DNA of 64,000 bases from Candidatus Levyibacteriota bacterium (GTDB lineage Bacteria > Patescibacteriota > Microgenomatia > Levybacterales > UBA12049). How positions within the stretch are numbered: position 1 is the first letter of the stretch; each line of letters starts with the position of its first letter. The stretch covers positions 4,227-68,226 of the forward strand of contig JBBSGK010000004.1 in the NCBI GenBank assembly GCA_038254115.1, in the 5' to 3' direction. The notes beneath the pieces are model-generated. The model ran no database searches and was not told the origin of the DNA. It saw only the letters and a list, made by a program, of their open reading frames with translations. The position numbers and the translations under genes are program-made. Positions 16,445 to 25,998 of the stretch are shown piece after piece.

Positions 16445-17680
16445 TTAAACCATGCTATCTACTTTAGCCAGAGTACGTGTATGTCCATTTTGGTCCCTCC
16501 TTCTTGCAGATTCAGAGGCTGTATGGGGTTTTATCCCTTCTATTTTCATTTTTTGGGCTACAACCCGACGAGAAATACTATATTTAAGTGCGATATCAGA
16601 TGGGGAAAGTCCATCTTCCCGGAGAAGAACAATTAGTTCCTCTCCAGATAATGCCGCAAAAGTCTCAAACTTTTTTTCTTCTCGGGCCGTAGACTTAGGT
16701 TGGCCATCTTGTGTTTGGGAGTCTGGATTAAAATAGCTATTTAATCTATTTATTGCGTTTTCTACAGTTTGCCGCGCTAATTCTCTAGAAATTTCAAGCA
16801 CAGCTCCAACTTCCACATTCGACCTAGGATAACCCCGGTCAAATCCATAAGATAGCACGACGGCTCGGCGTTCTCTTTCCGGAAGAAGATCTAATATTTC
16901 ACCTATCTCTTTAATTTCAGTACTGCTTAATCCCGCAACATCAGGACGTGGAGCTGTTGTCTCTGCGACCCGATCACCAATCGTCGGTGAATCAGAGTCG
17001 CTACTGACATGATCCTCAAGAGCCCGTTCTTGTTGAAAAATTTTGGCTATGTTTGTTACTTCATCTGGTGTTCTTTTCAATTTTGCTGCGAGCTCATCTG
17101 TAGTTGGTTCGCGCCCATTATCAATTAAAAATGCTGTGCTTACATTTTTGATTGCTCTATGTTCCTCGTGTCTATGGGTGGGAATCCGAATGTTCCTACC
17201 CGTGTCCCGTATACCTTTTATAACTGCTTGTCTGATCCACGAAGTTGCATAAGTTGAAAATTTAAAACCTTTTCTGGCATCAAATTTGTCAACTGCATGC
17301 ATAAGACCAAAAGTCCCTTCTTGTATAAGATCCATAATCGGCAATCCATTACCTGTATATCTTTTTGCTATATTTACAACCAATTTTAAGTTGGACCCGA
17401 CAAACATTTCTTTTGCTTTTCTTCCTGCTTCAACTTGAACCTCTGCTTTTCGTTTTTCATCGTCTGATAATCCACCCCTCCGTTTTAATGCAACTTCTGC
17501 TTTTCTACCCCTTGCAATATCACCAGCCAGTTGGACTTCATCAGCCCTGGTAAGTAAAGGATACTTGCGAATATCGTTTAGATATATTGTAAATGAATCA
17601 GCGTTTTCTCTCCCACGACTTGTAGCTCTCCCTCTGCCGGGCATTACATCTCTTTCTGTATGTTGCTCATTTCTTGGCAT
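16445..17680 (-). CDS. rpoD: RNA polymerase sigma-70 factor (RpoD-like) with an approximately 95-aa C-terminal extension carrying an extra HTH
   Basis: Regions 1.2, 2, 3 and 4 are recognisable: YLNDIRKYPLLTRADEV, MFVGSNLKLVVNIAKRY, LIQEGTFGLMHAVDKFD, IRQAVIKGIRDTGRNIRIP, LPERERRAVVLSYGF. A tail follows region 4, containing LSGEELIVLLREDGLSPSDIALKYSISRRVVAQKM. Confidence 0.88.
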   Translation of the reverse strand: MPRNEQHTERDVMPGRGRATSRGRENADSFTIYLNDIRKYPLLTRADEVQLAGDIARGRKAEVALKRRGGLSDDEKRKAEVQVEAGRKAKEMFVGSNLKLVVNIAKRYTGNGLPIMDLIQEGTFGLMHAVDKFDARKGFKFSTYATSWIRQAVIKGIRDTGRNIRIPTHRHEEHRAIKNVSTAFLIDNGREPTTDELAAKLKRTPDEVTNIAKIFQQERALEDHVSSDSDSPTIGDRVAETTAPRPDVAGLSSTEIKEIGEILDLLPERERRAVVLSYGFDRGYPRSNVEVGAVLEISRELARQTVENAINRLNSYFNPDSQTQDGQPKSTAREEKKFETFAALSGEELIVLLREDGLSPSDIALKYSISRRVVAQKMKIEGIKPHTASESARRRDQNGHTRTLAKVDSMV

Positions 17681-17788
17681 AAAATATTATAGTACGCATT
17701 ATACAGGTAATTAAAGCAAAATTCCATCCTCTTATAGGTTTAGGAAAATTTATTATTGGGCTGTACGGAAATAAAAGCTGGTTTTAAC

Positions 17789-19387
17789 TTATTCCCATCT
17801 CATCGTTGCGGGGGGTTTGGAAGTGATGTCATAAACAACTCTTGAAACATCAGGGACCTCATTTACAATTCTTGATGATATTTGCGCGAGCACATCATAG
17901 GGGATACGGCTCCAATCAGCCGTCATAACATCCTCAGAATCATACGAGCGCACAGCTAGGACTTCTGCATAAACACGGGCGTCTCCTTTGACCGCGGTTG
18001 AAAAGCTTCCTGTCATTACTGCAAAGCATTCAAATACTTTGCTGTATTGGTCTGCTTTTTTCATCTCTTCAACCACTATTTGATCTGCTTTCATGACTTG
18101 TGCAAGCCTTTTTTCTGTGACCTCACCCATTATATTTACCGCATGTCCGGGACCGGGCCAAGGCTGCTGCATTACTATTTCCTCAGGAAGTCCTGAGAGG
18201 CGCCCGATTTCGCGTACTTCATCTTTATAATAAGTCCGGTTGGGTTCGATAAGTTTTAATTTCAAACTCTGAGGAAGTCCTCCGACATTGTGATGGGATT
18301 TGATGTGGGATGCATGCTTAGACCCTTTGGATTCTATAACATCTGAGTAAATTGTTCCCTGCCCGAGGAACTCTGCATCCTTATGCTTTTCTGCAATTTC
18401 CTGGAAGATATCTATATAAAGACTTCCGATTATTTTTCTCTTTTGTTCCGGATCTGTTATTCCTTTTAGCTTGTTTAGGAAACGTGTACGTGCATCAACG
18501 ATCACCAAATTTGCATGTATCAAATCTTTAAAAATGTAACTGACAAGCTGATCTGTGCCGACTCTCATAAGACCTGATTCGACATAGACCGGGATAAGAT
18601 TTGGGCCGATTGCTTTTCCTATCAGAAAAGCTGCAACAGTTGAGTCGACACCTCCTGAAACAGCAGCGATGACTTTACTTGTCCCAACTGTCTTTTTAAT
18701 GTCCGCTATTATTTTTTGCGGATCAAGAGAGAGGGGAACAAGATCCTCTTTACAGATCTTTGCAAAGTTTCTCAAAATTTCCAAACCATAATCTGTGTGC
18801 TGCGCTTCAGGATGAAACTGCACGCCATATAGATTTTTATCTGTGTTTTGGACAGCTGAAAATTCAACTGTTTTGGTGACAGCGAGATTTTCAAAACCCG
18901 GGGGAAGTTTTGTTACAGTGTCGCCATGTGAAACAATAACACTTGAAGTTTGGGGAAATCCATTAAGGATGCTTAATTCTTGATTATTAAGTCTTAATTC
19001 TAACTTTTCAGGTCCGTATTCTTTGGTCGTCTCCTCCACCTTTGCGCCCAATACCTGAGCCATTAATTGCCAGCCGTAACAAATGCCAAGAATTGGTGTT
19101 CCTTGCTCAAAAATCTCTTTTGAAATTGTTGGCGCGCCTTTTTCATAAACAGATGAAGGTCCGCCGGAAAGGATAATTCCCTTGATAGTATCACGGGTAC
19201 CACGTGTAGCACGAGTACCACGAGCTTTTTTCGTTTCTTTCCCGTGATACCCGTGGTACTTTTGATACTCGTGATACTTTTGGAGTGTTTCCTCGGGGTT
19301 TACGTATTCTATTTGGACTCCTATTTGCCGGAGGCGTCTCCCTATGAGGTGAGCAGTTTGTGAGCCAAAGTCAACGATGAGGATCAT
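17789..19387 (-). CDS. guaA: GMP synthase (glutamine-hydrolysing) with an approximately 35-aa low-complexity insert in the amidotransferase domain
   Basis: N-terminal GATase (IVDFGSQ...ILSGGPSS...GICYGWQ), ATP-pyrophosphatase SGGVDS motif, and a C-terminal dimerisation domain. The extra segment YHEYQKYHGYHGKETKKARGTRATRGTRDTIKG is not in canonical GuaA. Confidence 0.93.
   Translation of the reverse strand: MILIVDFGSQTAHLIGRRLRQIGVQIEYVNPEETLQKYHEYQKYHGYHGKETKKARGTRATRGTRDTIKGIILSGGPSSVYEKGAPTISKEIFEQGTPILGICYGWQLMAQVLGAKVEETTKEYGPEKLELRLNNQELSILNGFPQTSSVIVSHGDTVTKLPPGFENLAVTKTVEFSAVQNTDKNLYGVQFHPEAQHTDYGLEILRNFAKICKEDLVPLSLDPQKIIADIKKTVGTSKVIAAVSGGVDSTVAAFLIGKAIGPNLIPVYVESGLMRVGTDQLVSYIFKDLIHANLVIVDARTRFLNKLKGITDPEQKRKIIGSLYIDIFQEIAEKHKDAEFLGQGTIYSDVIESKGSKHASHIKSHHNVGGLPQSLKLKLIEPNRTYYKDEVREIGRLSGLPEEIVMQQPWPGPGHAVNIMGEVTEKRLAQVMKADQIVVEEMKKADQYSKVFECFAVMTGSFSTAVKGDARVYAEVLAVRSYDSEDVMTADWSRIPYDVLAQISSRIVNEVPDVSRVVYDITSKPPATMRWE
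19186..19292. repeat. array of 7 octamer repeats GTAYCACG in both orientations (palindromic), in frame inside guaA
   Basis: Forward copies gtatcacg, ggtaccacg, tgtagcacg, agtaccacg, then inverted copies cgtgatac, ccgtggtac, tcgtgatac. It corresponds exactly to the extra 35 aa in GuaA. Confidence 0.6.
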
Positions 19388-19748
19388 TTGTAGTTATTAT
19401 ACAATTTTATCGCACGGATTGGTAGACTTGGGGCATATCGCTTTTTGAAAGAACCACCTGGAAAAGTAGAAGGGAATTAGATTTGAACGCTCCTGCAAAA
19501 ATTAAAAGATAGTATTTCCATATTCTGTAAAACTTCCCGTCGTATTTTTGAGGACATTTTTTGACTGTCTTTTCGGCCTGATCCATAAGTTAAGGGTATT
19601 ATACTGCTAATTGTGAGGATGGCAAGGGTAGAATTGCTTGAGTTAAATTAAAACTAATCTCATAGCAAACTATTTACTAACTCTCTAAATTTATTTCGAG
19701 GCTTGAAAAATAATAAACGATAGTATATAATTCCCTATAATAATTATT

Positions 19749-20750
19749 ATGAGAACTGAACAGGAAGTAAGAAGAGGTTTGGGACAATATAAGAGAGGTC
19801 TAATAAGGGCAACCTGGGATAATCCTACTACTTTTGATCCTGAAGATGTGCGGCGTCATCTTAGAGCAAAAGGAGTACATAGCACATCACCAATTGTTGT
19901 AATTCCTTATGATATAGAGAGCTTGGATAGAGCCGCTGCAGTAGCTGACTCGTCTGAGTGGCAGGACCCGTTTGTTGTCGGTAAAATAAAGAGTGCTAAA
20001 AGCAAAAGGAAAAAGTTGGATAAAGGCGCCTCAATATATGATATCGGATTTCCCACTGTTTTTTATACAGAGTTGCTCGATTTAGCAGTTGTTATAGACG
20101 ATAGTAAAACAAACGAAGAGTTATTTGGAGAAATTTATTCTAGAGGTGCGTTAATTGAATCATTTGCTCATGAACTTACTCACAGCGCGTTTGCGCCTTT
20201 AACCGTTGTGAGTTTTTCTCCTAAAAACGATTCAGACAAAGTACGGGTAAAATCAACCCATGGTATTGGTCAAGCTAGCGAAACAGTAACTCTAAGTCCA
20301 GGAGCTGGTACTGAAAACCTATATAAACCCGTCTGGATTGATGAAGCGCATGCTGTTAAGTTGGCATCAGAAGTGAGAGGCAACATGGTTCCGGAGTCAG
20401 TTCAGCAAAAGCCATGCGTGATGGAGGAGGAAGAATTTGGTATTGATGAGATAGAAATACCCCCCCCATACCTCATCTTTTCTGAGAGTTATCCGGATGA
20501 ACCGGGGGATGTAGGGGGAAGCGTTGCCGGGGTGGGATTGGATACTCTGGAGACCAAGCGACCTGGATTAATACGTGACATTAATAATCTTACGACAGGC
20601 GGATCTATAGTGGATTTTCACAATAGATTAAAGCATAGTGTTGGGAAAGTTCTTTACAAGGCTATTACAACACGTCAGCCATATAAATCATGGGGAAATG
20701 TTCTTGATCAAATCCTTGATCTTTCTCCATCTCCATCATCAAAGCGCTAA
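19749..20750 (+). CDS. hypothetical protein with an HExxH motif (possible metallopeptidase-like)
   Basis: 333 aa, Arg-rich, containing IESFAHELTHSAF. No confident family. Confidence 0.5.
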   Translation: MRTEQEVRRGLGQYKRGLIRATWDNPTTFDPEDVRRHLRAKGVHSTSPIVVIPYDIESLDRAAAVADSSEWQDPFVVGKIKSAKSKRKKLDKGASIYDIGFPTVFYTELLDLAVVIDDSKTNEELFGEIYSRGALIESFAHELTHSAFAPLTVVSFSPKNDSDKVRVKSTHGIGQASETVTLSPGAGTENLYKPVWIDEAHAVKLASEVRGNMVPESVQQKPCVMEEEEFGIDEIEIPPPYLIFSESYPDEPGDVGGSVAGVGLDTLETKRPGLIRDINNLTTGGSIVDFHNRLKHSVGKVLYKAITTRQPYKSWGNVLDQILDLSPSPSSKR

Positions 20751-21015
20751 ATTTATAGAGCGCAAGGGGAAAGTTGCATAGCCAACTTTATTCTTAACCT
20801 CTAAGATGTCTATATACTTGCAATTAAAGGCTAAAGTGCTATAATATAGGATAATTTTGTATTTAAGCTATAATTAATAAATATGCAGAAAATTTCAAGA
20901 CATGTAAACAATATATTCGCGCTGCGTCACAATTCTCTATACATGAATTCAATTTATATAATGCTGAGTACATTGATGGTGTCTGCAAGAGGATTTTTTA
21001 TTAGCTTTGTTATGA

Positions 21016-21594
21016 GTGATAAGAAAAAATAATATGTATTTAAAACTAATAAATTTTTACATTTCATCCAAATATTTTATTGCACGCGTGAGGTCGATCG
21101 TGTTGGGTTTTAAACCGGAAAACTTCAAAAAGCATATTTACGTTATGCCGCATGTCCTGTTTGAAAACTACCGTCAAATGGATATCGGCTCGTATGTATT
21201 CATAAACCATCACACTGTTTTTTCGACCCCTCACGGCATGAAGATCGGGGACTATGTGATGATAGGGCCATATTGTTTGTTCGCAACAGTACATCACGAA
21301 TTTGATGACTACAAGAGCCCTATGATTTTTCAAAAGCCGCGAATAAGACCAATTGAGATAAGGAAAGATGTGTGGATCGGGGCAAAAGTAACCGTTTTGG
21401 GGGGGGTAACCATTGGTCGGGGAGCAATAGTCGCAGCAGGGGCAGTCGTCACAAAAGATGTTGAGCCTTATTCAATTGTCGGGGGAGTGCCTGCAAAATT
21501 GATAAGATATAGGTTTGATAAAGCAAAAATCCGTAAGGCTTCAATGATTAACTTCAAAAACCTCAAACATCAAAAGACAGATTTATGGGGATAG
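21016..21594 (+). CDS. hexapeptide-repeat (LbH) acetyltransferase, sugar O-acetyltransferase-like
   Basis: The C-terminus VWIGAKVTVLGGVTIGRGAIVAAGAVVTKDVEPYSIVGGVPAKLIRYRF is the left-handed beta-helix acyltransferase signature. The true start may be the internal M (MPHVLFENY...). Confidence 0.8.
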   Translation: MIRKNNMYLKLINFYISSKYFIARVRSIVLGFKPENFKKHIYVMPHVLFENYRQMDIGSYVFINHHTVFSTPHGMKIGDYVMIGPYCLFATVHHEFDDYKSPMIFQKPRIRPIEIRKDVWIGAKVTVLGGVTIGRGAIVAAGAVVTKDVEPYSIVGGVPAKLIRYRFDKAKIRKASMINFKNLKHQKTDLWG

Positions 21595-21607
21595 TTTGGA
21601 GACTTTG

Positions 21608-22723
21608 TTATTTTCTCCAGCCATGTATATTTCCAAAAGCGACTAACACCTTTTCTGTTTCTTCTTTCCCCTCATCAAAGCGAAGATCTATTGGAAAAGC
21701 CTGATCATCGGGTCCGCGTAAATTTTCAAACGATTCTAATATATGGTGCATGCCTCTTGCTTCATGTCTACGTAGCCCATTCATATTATCTGGTGTGGTT
21801 TCAAGTGCTCTATAAAAATCGTTTTGCAAATCGGGAACTTCAAGCCAATTTTCATTGTCTCCCACTGCAAATCCTACCCCCTCAAATAACTGAGAATAAT
21901 CATATGCCTCCTTTGATTTTGCAAGACTTGAAAGTCGCAGAGCTCCTGGAGTACTCAACGCTCTGAGTTCGTGTGCCCCTAAGCTATGCGCAACATACAT
22001 TGCTAAAAAAGCAAGGCATCTTTGTGGTGAAATTTTAAATTTTTTTCTAAATTCAGAGTAACCTTTTATTTTATCCACATCTTTTTTAACAGCAGAACCC
22101 GTCCTTATTATTCTTGTTGCAAGTGATCCAGCTGAGTCCTCTGTCTCGGTATCTATTCCTGTTCTCCATAGTTCCCCAGAAGTTTTGTTGAATGGCTGCC
22201 CCCAATCTATGCCTATGGCAAAATCAAGTGAAAAAGTTCCAGCACCAGATCCTCCTTTACAAGAAAGAAAAAATTTTGTATCTGCAATAGGAGCTTTAAA
22301 TATAGTTGCTCTTTCTTTGTCTTTACTTGCAAAGAAATCTTGTCCGACAAGGCTTATCAAGTATCTTGCATTGTGTGAGGCTCGTGAGAATGCAATAACT
22401 GGATCTTCCTCTTCAGAGATATAATTAAATGATCTGGATTTAAAAAAATCAGGTAAATCTGTAACTTCGTGAAGATCATCTAGTAACTTTAGAGCCGGCT
22501 CGCCCAAAGGAGAAGTATGTAGATTCCAGCGCCTAGCATAATTATAGACTCCGAATATGAGATTTGGAGAGATACCCTTTCGTTCACCATATATATTTAA
22601 CCCATCAAATAAACGCATTCCGCGATTTCGCCTTGTCCTGGAATTTTCCAATATAAATCCTTCCGGGGTTAATTCTGGAGGAGTAATATCTTGTGAGCGA
22701 TCTATTTCGTGCACAGTACTCAT
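21608..22723 (-). CDS. hypothetical protein
   Basis: 371-aa ORF with coding-like composition and no recognisable motif. Confidence 0.55.
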   Translation of the reverse strand: MSTVHEIDRSQDITPPELTPEGFILENSRTRRNRGMRLFDGLNIYGERKGISPNLIFGVYNYARRWNLHTSPLGEPALKLLDDLHEVTDLPDFFKSRSFNYISEEEDPVIAFSRASHNARYLISLVGQDFFASKDKERATIFKAPIADTKFFLSCKGGSGAGTFSLDFAIGIDWGQPFNKTSGELWRTGIDTETEDSAGSLATRIIRTGSAVKKDVDKIKGYSEFRKKFKISPQRCLAFLAMYVAHSLGAHELRALSTPGALRLSSLAKSKEAYDYSQLFEGVGFAVGDNENWLEVPDLQNDFYRALETTPDNMNGLRRHEARGMHHILESFENLRGPDDQAFPIDLRFDEGKEETEKVLVAFGNIHGWRK

Positions 22724-22833
22724 TGTAAGAGTATATCATAATAGGACACTAAGAGCAACCTATAGTAGGTATATAATTATTGATAAGTATTGCATAATAT
22801 AAAGAAAGAATAGTAAATAAAAAGGAGTTTTTC

Positions 22834-24468
22834 CTATTTTACAAGCAATGATTGGGTGGAGATTGTTGGTTGATATGTATAGTTTGATTTTGTAACACTG
22901 GATATTTTTGTAGTGTATGTTCCAAGTTCTTTTGAGCGGAGAGAAAATGATACTTTTCCAAGTGAATCTGTAGTTGCGGAAAATGAAGTAATTTTTCCTG
23001 AGGGAGTTGTTATAGTTGCTTTTACTGCCGCACTTGAAATCGGGACATTCGAGTCTTTGTTAACAGCAGTTATAACTGATATTATCTTTCGCTGGCCGAA
23101 GAGTTGTGAAGCATAAGACATCGTGATATCGGAAACAGTCATCGTAAGAGAAGGTGCTGAAGTTGGTACTGCTGTTGTGGGTGTTGGTGTTGGAATAACA
23201 GGAGCCTGAGTAGGAGTGGGAGTATTAATAGAGAGAGGAGATACTGCTTTGTAGGCGTTAATCCGGCCGTATGTCCAGTTGGTTCCTGTTCCTGTAATCT
23301 GTTCAGCTGTTTTTTCGATTTGTTCACGTACACAGATATTTGTTGAGCAAATTCCTTTGGACCAGATTAGGGCTGCAACTCCTGCTGTAAGTGGAGATGC
23401 CATAGAGGTTCCTGACATGGAAGCGTATGAATTGCCTTTGTAAGTTGAGTAAATTGATGACCCAGGTGCTGCCACATCTACCCAGGGACCATAATTGGAA
23501 TAACTTGTTATTGTATCATTTGCGTCTGTTGCGGCTACAGCAATTACATGTATATACGCTCCGGGGTATGATTCTGCAGTGCTTGATGAGTTTCCTGCCG
23601 CTGCGATTACTACACTCCCTTTGCTCCAGGCATAGTCGACAGCATCTTGAAGAGTTTGGGATGATTGTGTTCCCCCAAGACTCATATTTATGACTTGTGC
23701 TCCCTGATCGGCTGCCCATATAATACCGTTCGCGATCCAAGAGTGGTAACCTGACCCATCATCAGCGAGCACTTTTCCATTTAAAAGTACGGAATTGTAA
23801 CCGGCTCCTGCTACACCAGACCCGTTATTGGTCGAAGAAGCTGCAATTCCTGCAACATGAGTTCCATGGCCATTTAGATCTGTAGCATTTGCTGTTGTTG
23901 TGAAATTTGTACTATTTATGACTTTTCCCGCTAAGTCGGAGTGTGATTCTTCAATCCCGGTATCCAGTATCGCAATTTTAACCGATGATGATCCTGTTGT
24001 CAGGTCCCAGGCACTTTCGCTGCCGCTTTTTGCTGCGTCAATTTTGAATAGTCCCCATTGTTGGGATAAAGACTGATCATTGGTTATTCCTAAAACATGT
24101 GCTTTAAAATTGGGCTCAGCGTATTCAACGAGGGAATTATTACTATATTCTGCTACTGCTTGTTCAATATTTCCCGTTTCTATTTTAATTACCTCAGAAT
24201 TTAATTTATTGATCCTTTGTCTTAACTGTGCTCTACGTGTCTTTCGCAAAGATTCTTTGTCTTTTTCATTTACATTTTTTTTATACTTCACAATAATTTC
24301 ACCGGGAGCTGTATTGCCTGTCGCTGTTCCCTTTACGTCAACTTGGGAAGGTTTATTTAATAAGCTAAAAATACCGATTACTAGAAGTGCGATACCTACT
24401 GCGATAGAGATAAAGGGGGTTTTATTGCTTTTTTTAATTCTTTTCCGGCGGACAGACTTTTTCTTCAT
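22834..24468 (-). CDS. subtilisin-like serine protease (S8) with an N-terminal anchor, PT-rich linker and C-terminal beta-sandwich domain
   Basis: Catalytic triad contexts ILDTGIEESHSDL (Asp), HGTHVAGIAAS (His), MSGTSMASPLTAGVAAL (Ser); TPTPTQAPVIPTPTPT linker. Confidence 0.9.
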   Translation of the reverse strand: MKKKSVRRKRIKKSNKTPFISIAVGIALLVIGIFSLLNKPSQVDVKGTATGNTAPGEIIVKYKKNVNEKDKESLRKTRRAQLRQRINKLNSEVIKIETGNIEQAVAEYSNNSLVEYAEPNFKAHVLGITNDQSLSQQWGLFKIDAAKSGSESAWDLTTGSSSVKIAILDTGIEESHSDLAGKVINSTNFTTTANATDLNGHGTHVAGIAASSTNNGSGVAGAGYNSVLLNGKVLADDGSGYHSWIANGIIWAADQGAQVINMSLGGTQSSQTLQDAVDYAWSKGSVVIAAAGNSSSTAESYPGAYIHVIAVAATDANDTITSYSNYGPWVDVAAPGSSIYSTYKGNSYASMSGTSMASPLTAGVAALIWSKGICSTNICVREQIEKTAEQITGTGTNWTYGRINAYKAVSPLSINTPTPTQAPVIPTPTPTTAVPTSAPSLTMTVSDITMSYASQLFGQRKIISVITAVNKDSNVPISSAAVKATITTPSGKITSFSATTDSLGKVSFSLRSKELGTYTTKISSVTKSNYTYQPTISTQSLLVK

Positions 24469-24557
24469 CTATAAAAATATTAAACTATCAAAAGTATTGA
24501 TGTCAAGTTTAGCTTCATTTAACAGTATTATCCACAGAGGTTATTGCTAAGAAGGTT

Positions 24558-24962
24558 TTACTTCGATTTTTTAAAACTTGGTTTGTCGGGTGGGGCGAGC
24601 ATTATATTGATTAAAGTAACTAACTCCTGAATATCAAATGGTTTGTATAGTACCTCAATTTTATGTTTTTTGAGCCAGTTCGTCTTGTCTTCGCCAAGTG
24701 TTGACGCGGTCGCTATAACCACAGGCATTTCTTTTGTCTGTGGGTCAAGCCTGAGAAGATCAAGCATACTCCATCCTCGTTGCGGGCTATCCATGCGGAT
24801 ATCTAAAATAATTAAGTCGGGTGCTTCTTTTTTCAGGCGGTGATAAGCTTTTTCCCCTTCGTGGATAACAAAGACATCATAATCTCCAATCTCCTGTAGG
24901 AGCATATTCATCGCGTCGATAAAATCTACATCGTCATTTACAATTGCAATTCTTCTCTTCAT
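24558..24962 (-). CDS. stand-alone response-regulator receiver (REC) domain protein
   Basis: 134 aa. Phospho-acceptor context DLIILDIRMD and conserved T/K positions (VVIATAS ... YKPF). No output domain. Confidence 0.85.
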   Translation of the reverse strand: MKRRIAIVNDDVDFIDAMNMLLQEIGDYDVFVIHEGEKAYHRLKKEAPDLIILDIRMDSPQRGWSMLDLLRLDPQTKEMPVVIATASTLGEDKTNWLKKHKIEVLYKPFDIQELVTLINIMLAPPDKPSFKKSK

Positions 24963-25020
24963 TGAAGAATTATTCTAAACAAAAAGTACTTATTTAGCAA
25001 TGAGGACTTATTGTCTGCTA

Positions 25021-25764
25021 TTACTGCTTTGTGATGGAGGCGATAATGCTGTCCAGCTCAGACAGTGTAGTTGCATCTGCCGGGCTTGGGGATTTGGCAC
25101 TGATTGCCCCGTATTTAGTAGGGGAACCATACGATGTCCCGGTTGGATTTTTCTGACAAATAGTATATTCTCCGCCTGTATTCCAGCTTCTTCTGTATTG
25201 TCCTTCTTTTCCTGCTATGTCTGTAAAATCTGTGAATGTTTGGGACATTTCAGCCGGTGGATCGCCTTTGTAAGTACAAGTTCCGCCGCCAAATGCTGCT
25301 TGCAGAATATTAATTGTGTATCCGTTTTTACTGATAATCAGTTTGTCCGAAACATTTGTTGTCTCGTGCTTATCAGTCCAATCGGCCGGAATCTCAACCA
25401 TGTAGGGTTTAAAGCTTGTGCTTCCATCAGTGAGCCCTGCCTTTACGGTTTTTTTGGAACCTATTGTAGGGGATACTTCTTGTTTCATAGCTTGCGTAGG
25501 CTGCTCAATAATTGCCTTGGTGGGAGCTGGAGTCGGGGTAACAGTATCTGAACTTTTCTTGGAACTTCCGAGATAATATCCTCCAAAAAGCAACAGGGCA
25601 ATTGCAGCGATGCCAATCATGACCTTCCCAAATACCGGAAAAGGCTTTTTGTTTTGTGGAGCCGGTGGATTATTTACAACAGTAGTCTCTGATTCCGGAG
25701 CAGTTGGGGGAACAGGTTTTGTCTCTTCAGATGCAGGTATCGTATCTTCTTGTTGCGCGTCCAT
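25021..25764 (-). CDS. hypothetical membrane-anchored protein (Pro-rich cytoplasmic N-terminus, one TM helix, extracytoplasmic domain)
   Basis: 247 aa. TM helix VMIGIAAIALLLFGGYYL. Confidence 0.55.
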   Translation of the reverse strand: MDAQQEDTIPASEETKPVPPTAPESETTVVNNPPAPQNKKPFPVFGKVMIGIAAIALLLFGGYYLGSSKKSSDTVTPTPAPTKAIIEQPTQAMKQEVSPTIGSKKTVKAGLTDGSTSFKPYMVEIPADWTDKHETTNVSDKLIISKNGYTINILQAAFGGGTCTYKGDPPAEMSQTFTDFTDIAGKEGQYRRSWNTGGEYTICQKNPTGTSYGSPTKYGAISAKSPSPADATTLSELDSIIASITKQ

Positions 25765-25998
25765 ATATCAAGTATCGCAGAGAATAAATTAAATTACAAT
25801 ATATCAGGCACTTTTATATCTTTCTTGCGATTACATATAAATAATGTTTGCAAAAAATTCAAAATATTTTATATAATCATCGATATAGTAATGATATGGA
25901 GGAAGCTAAATTTAAGTCATTTTGAGCAGGTTTTGATTCTTCGTTCGTATTATCAATAATTTTTTGCATGATATGGTATAAAGAGTAGTGACATATCT

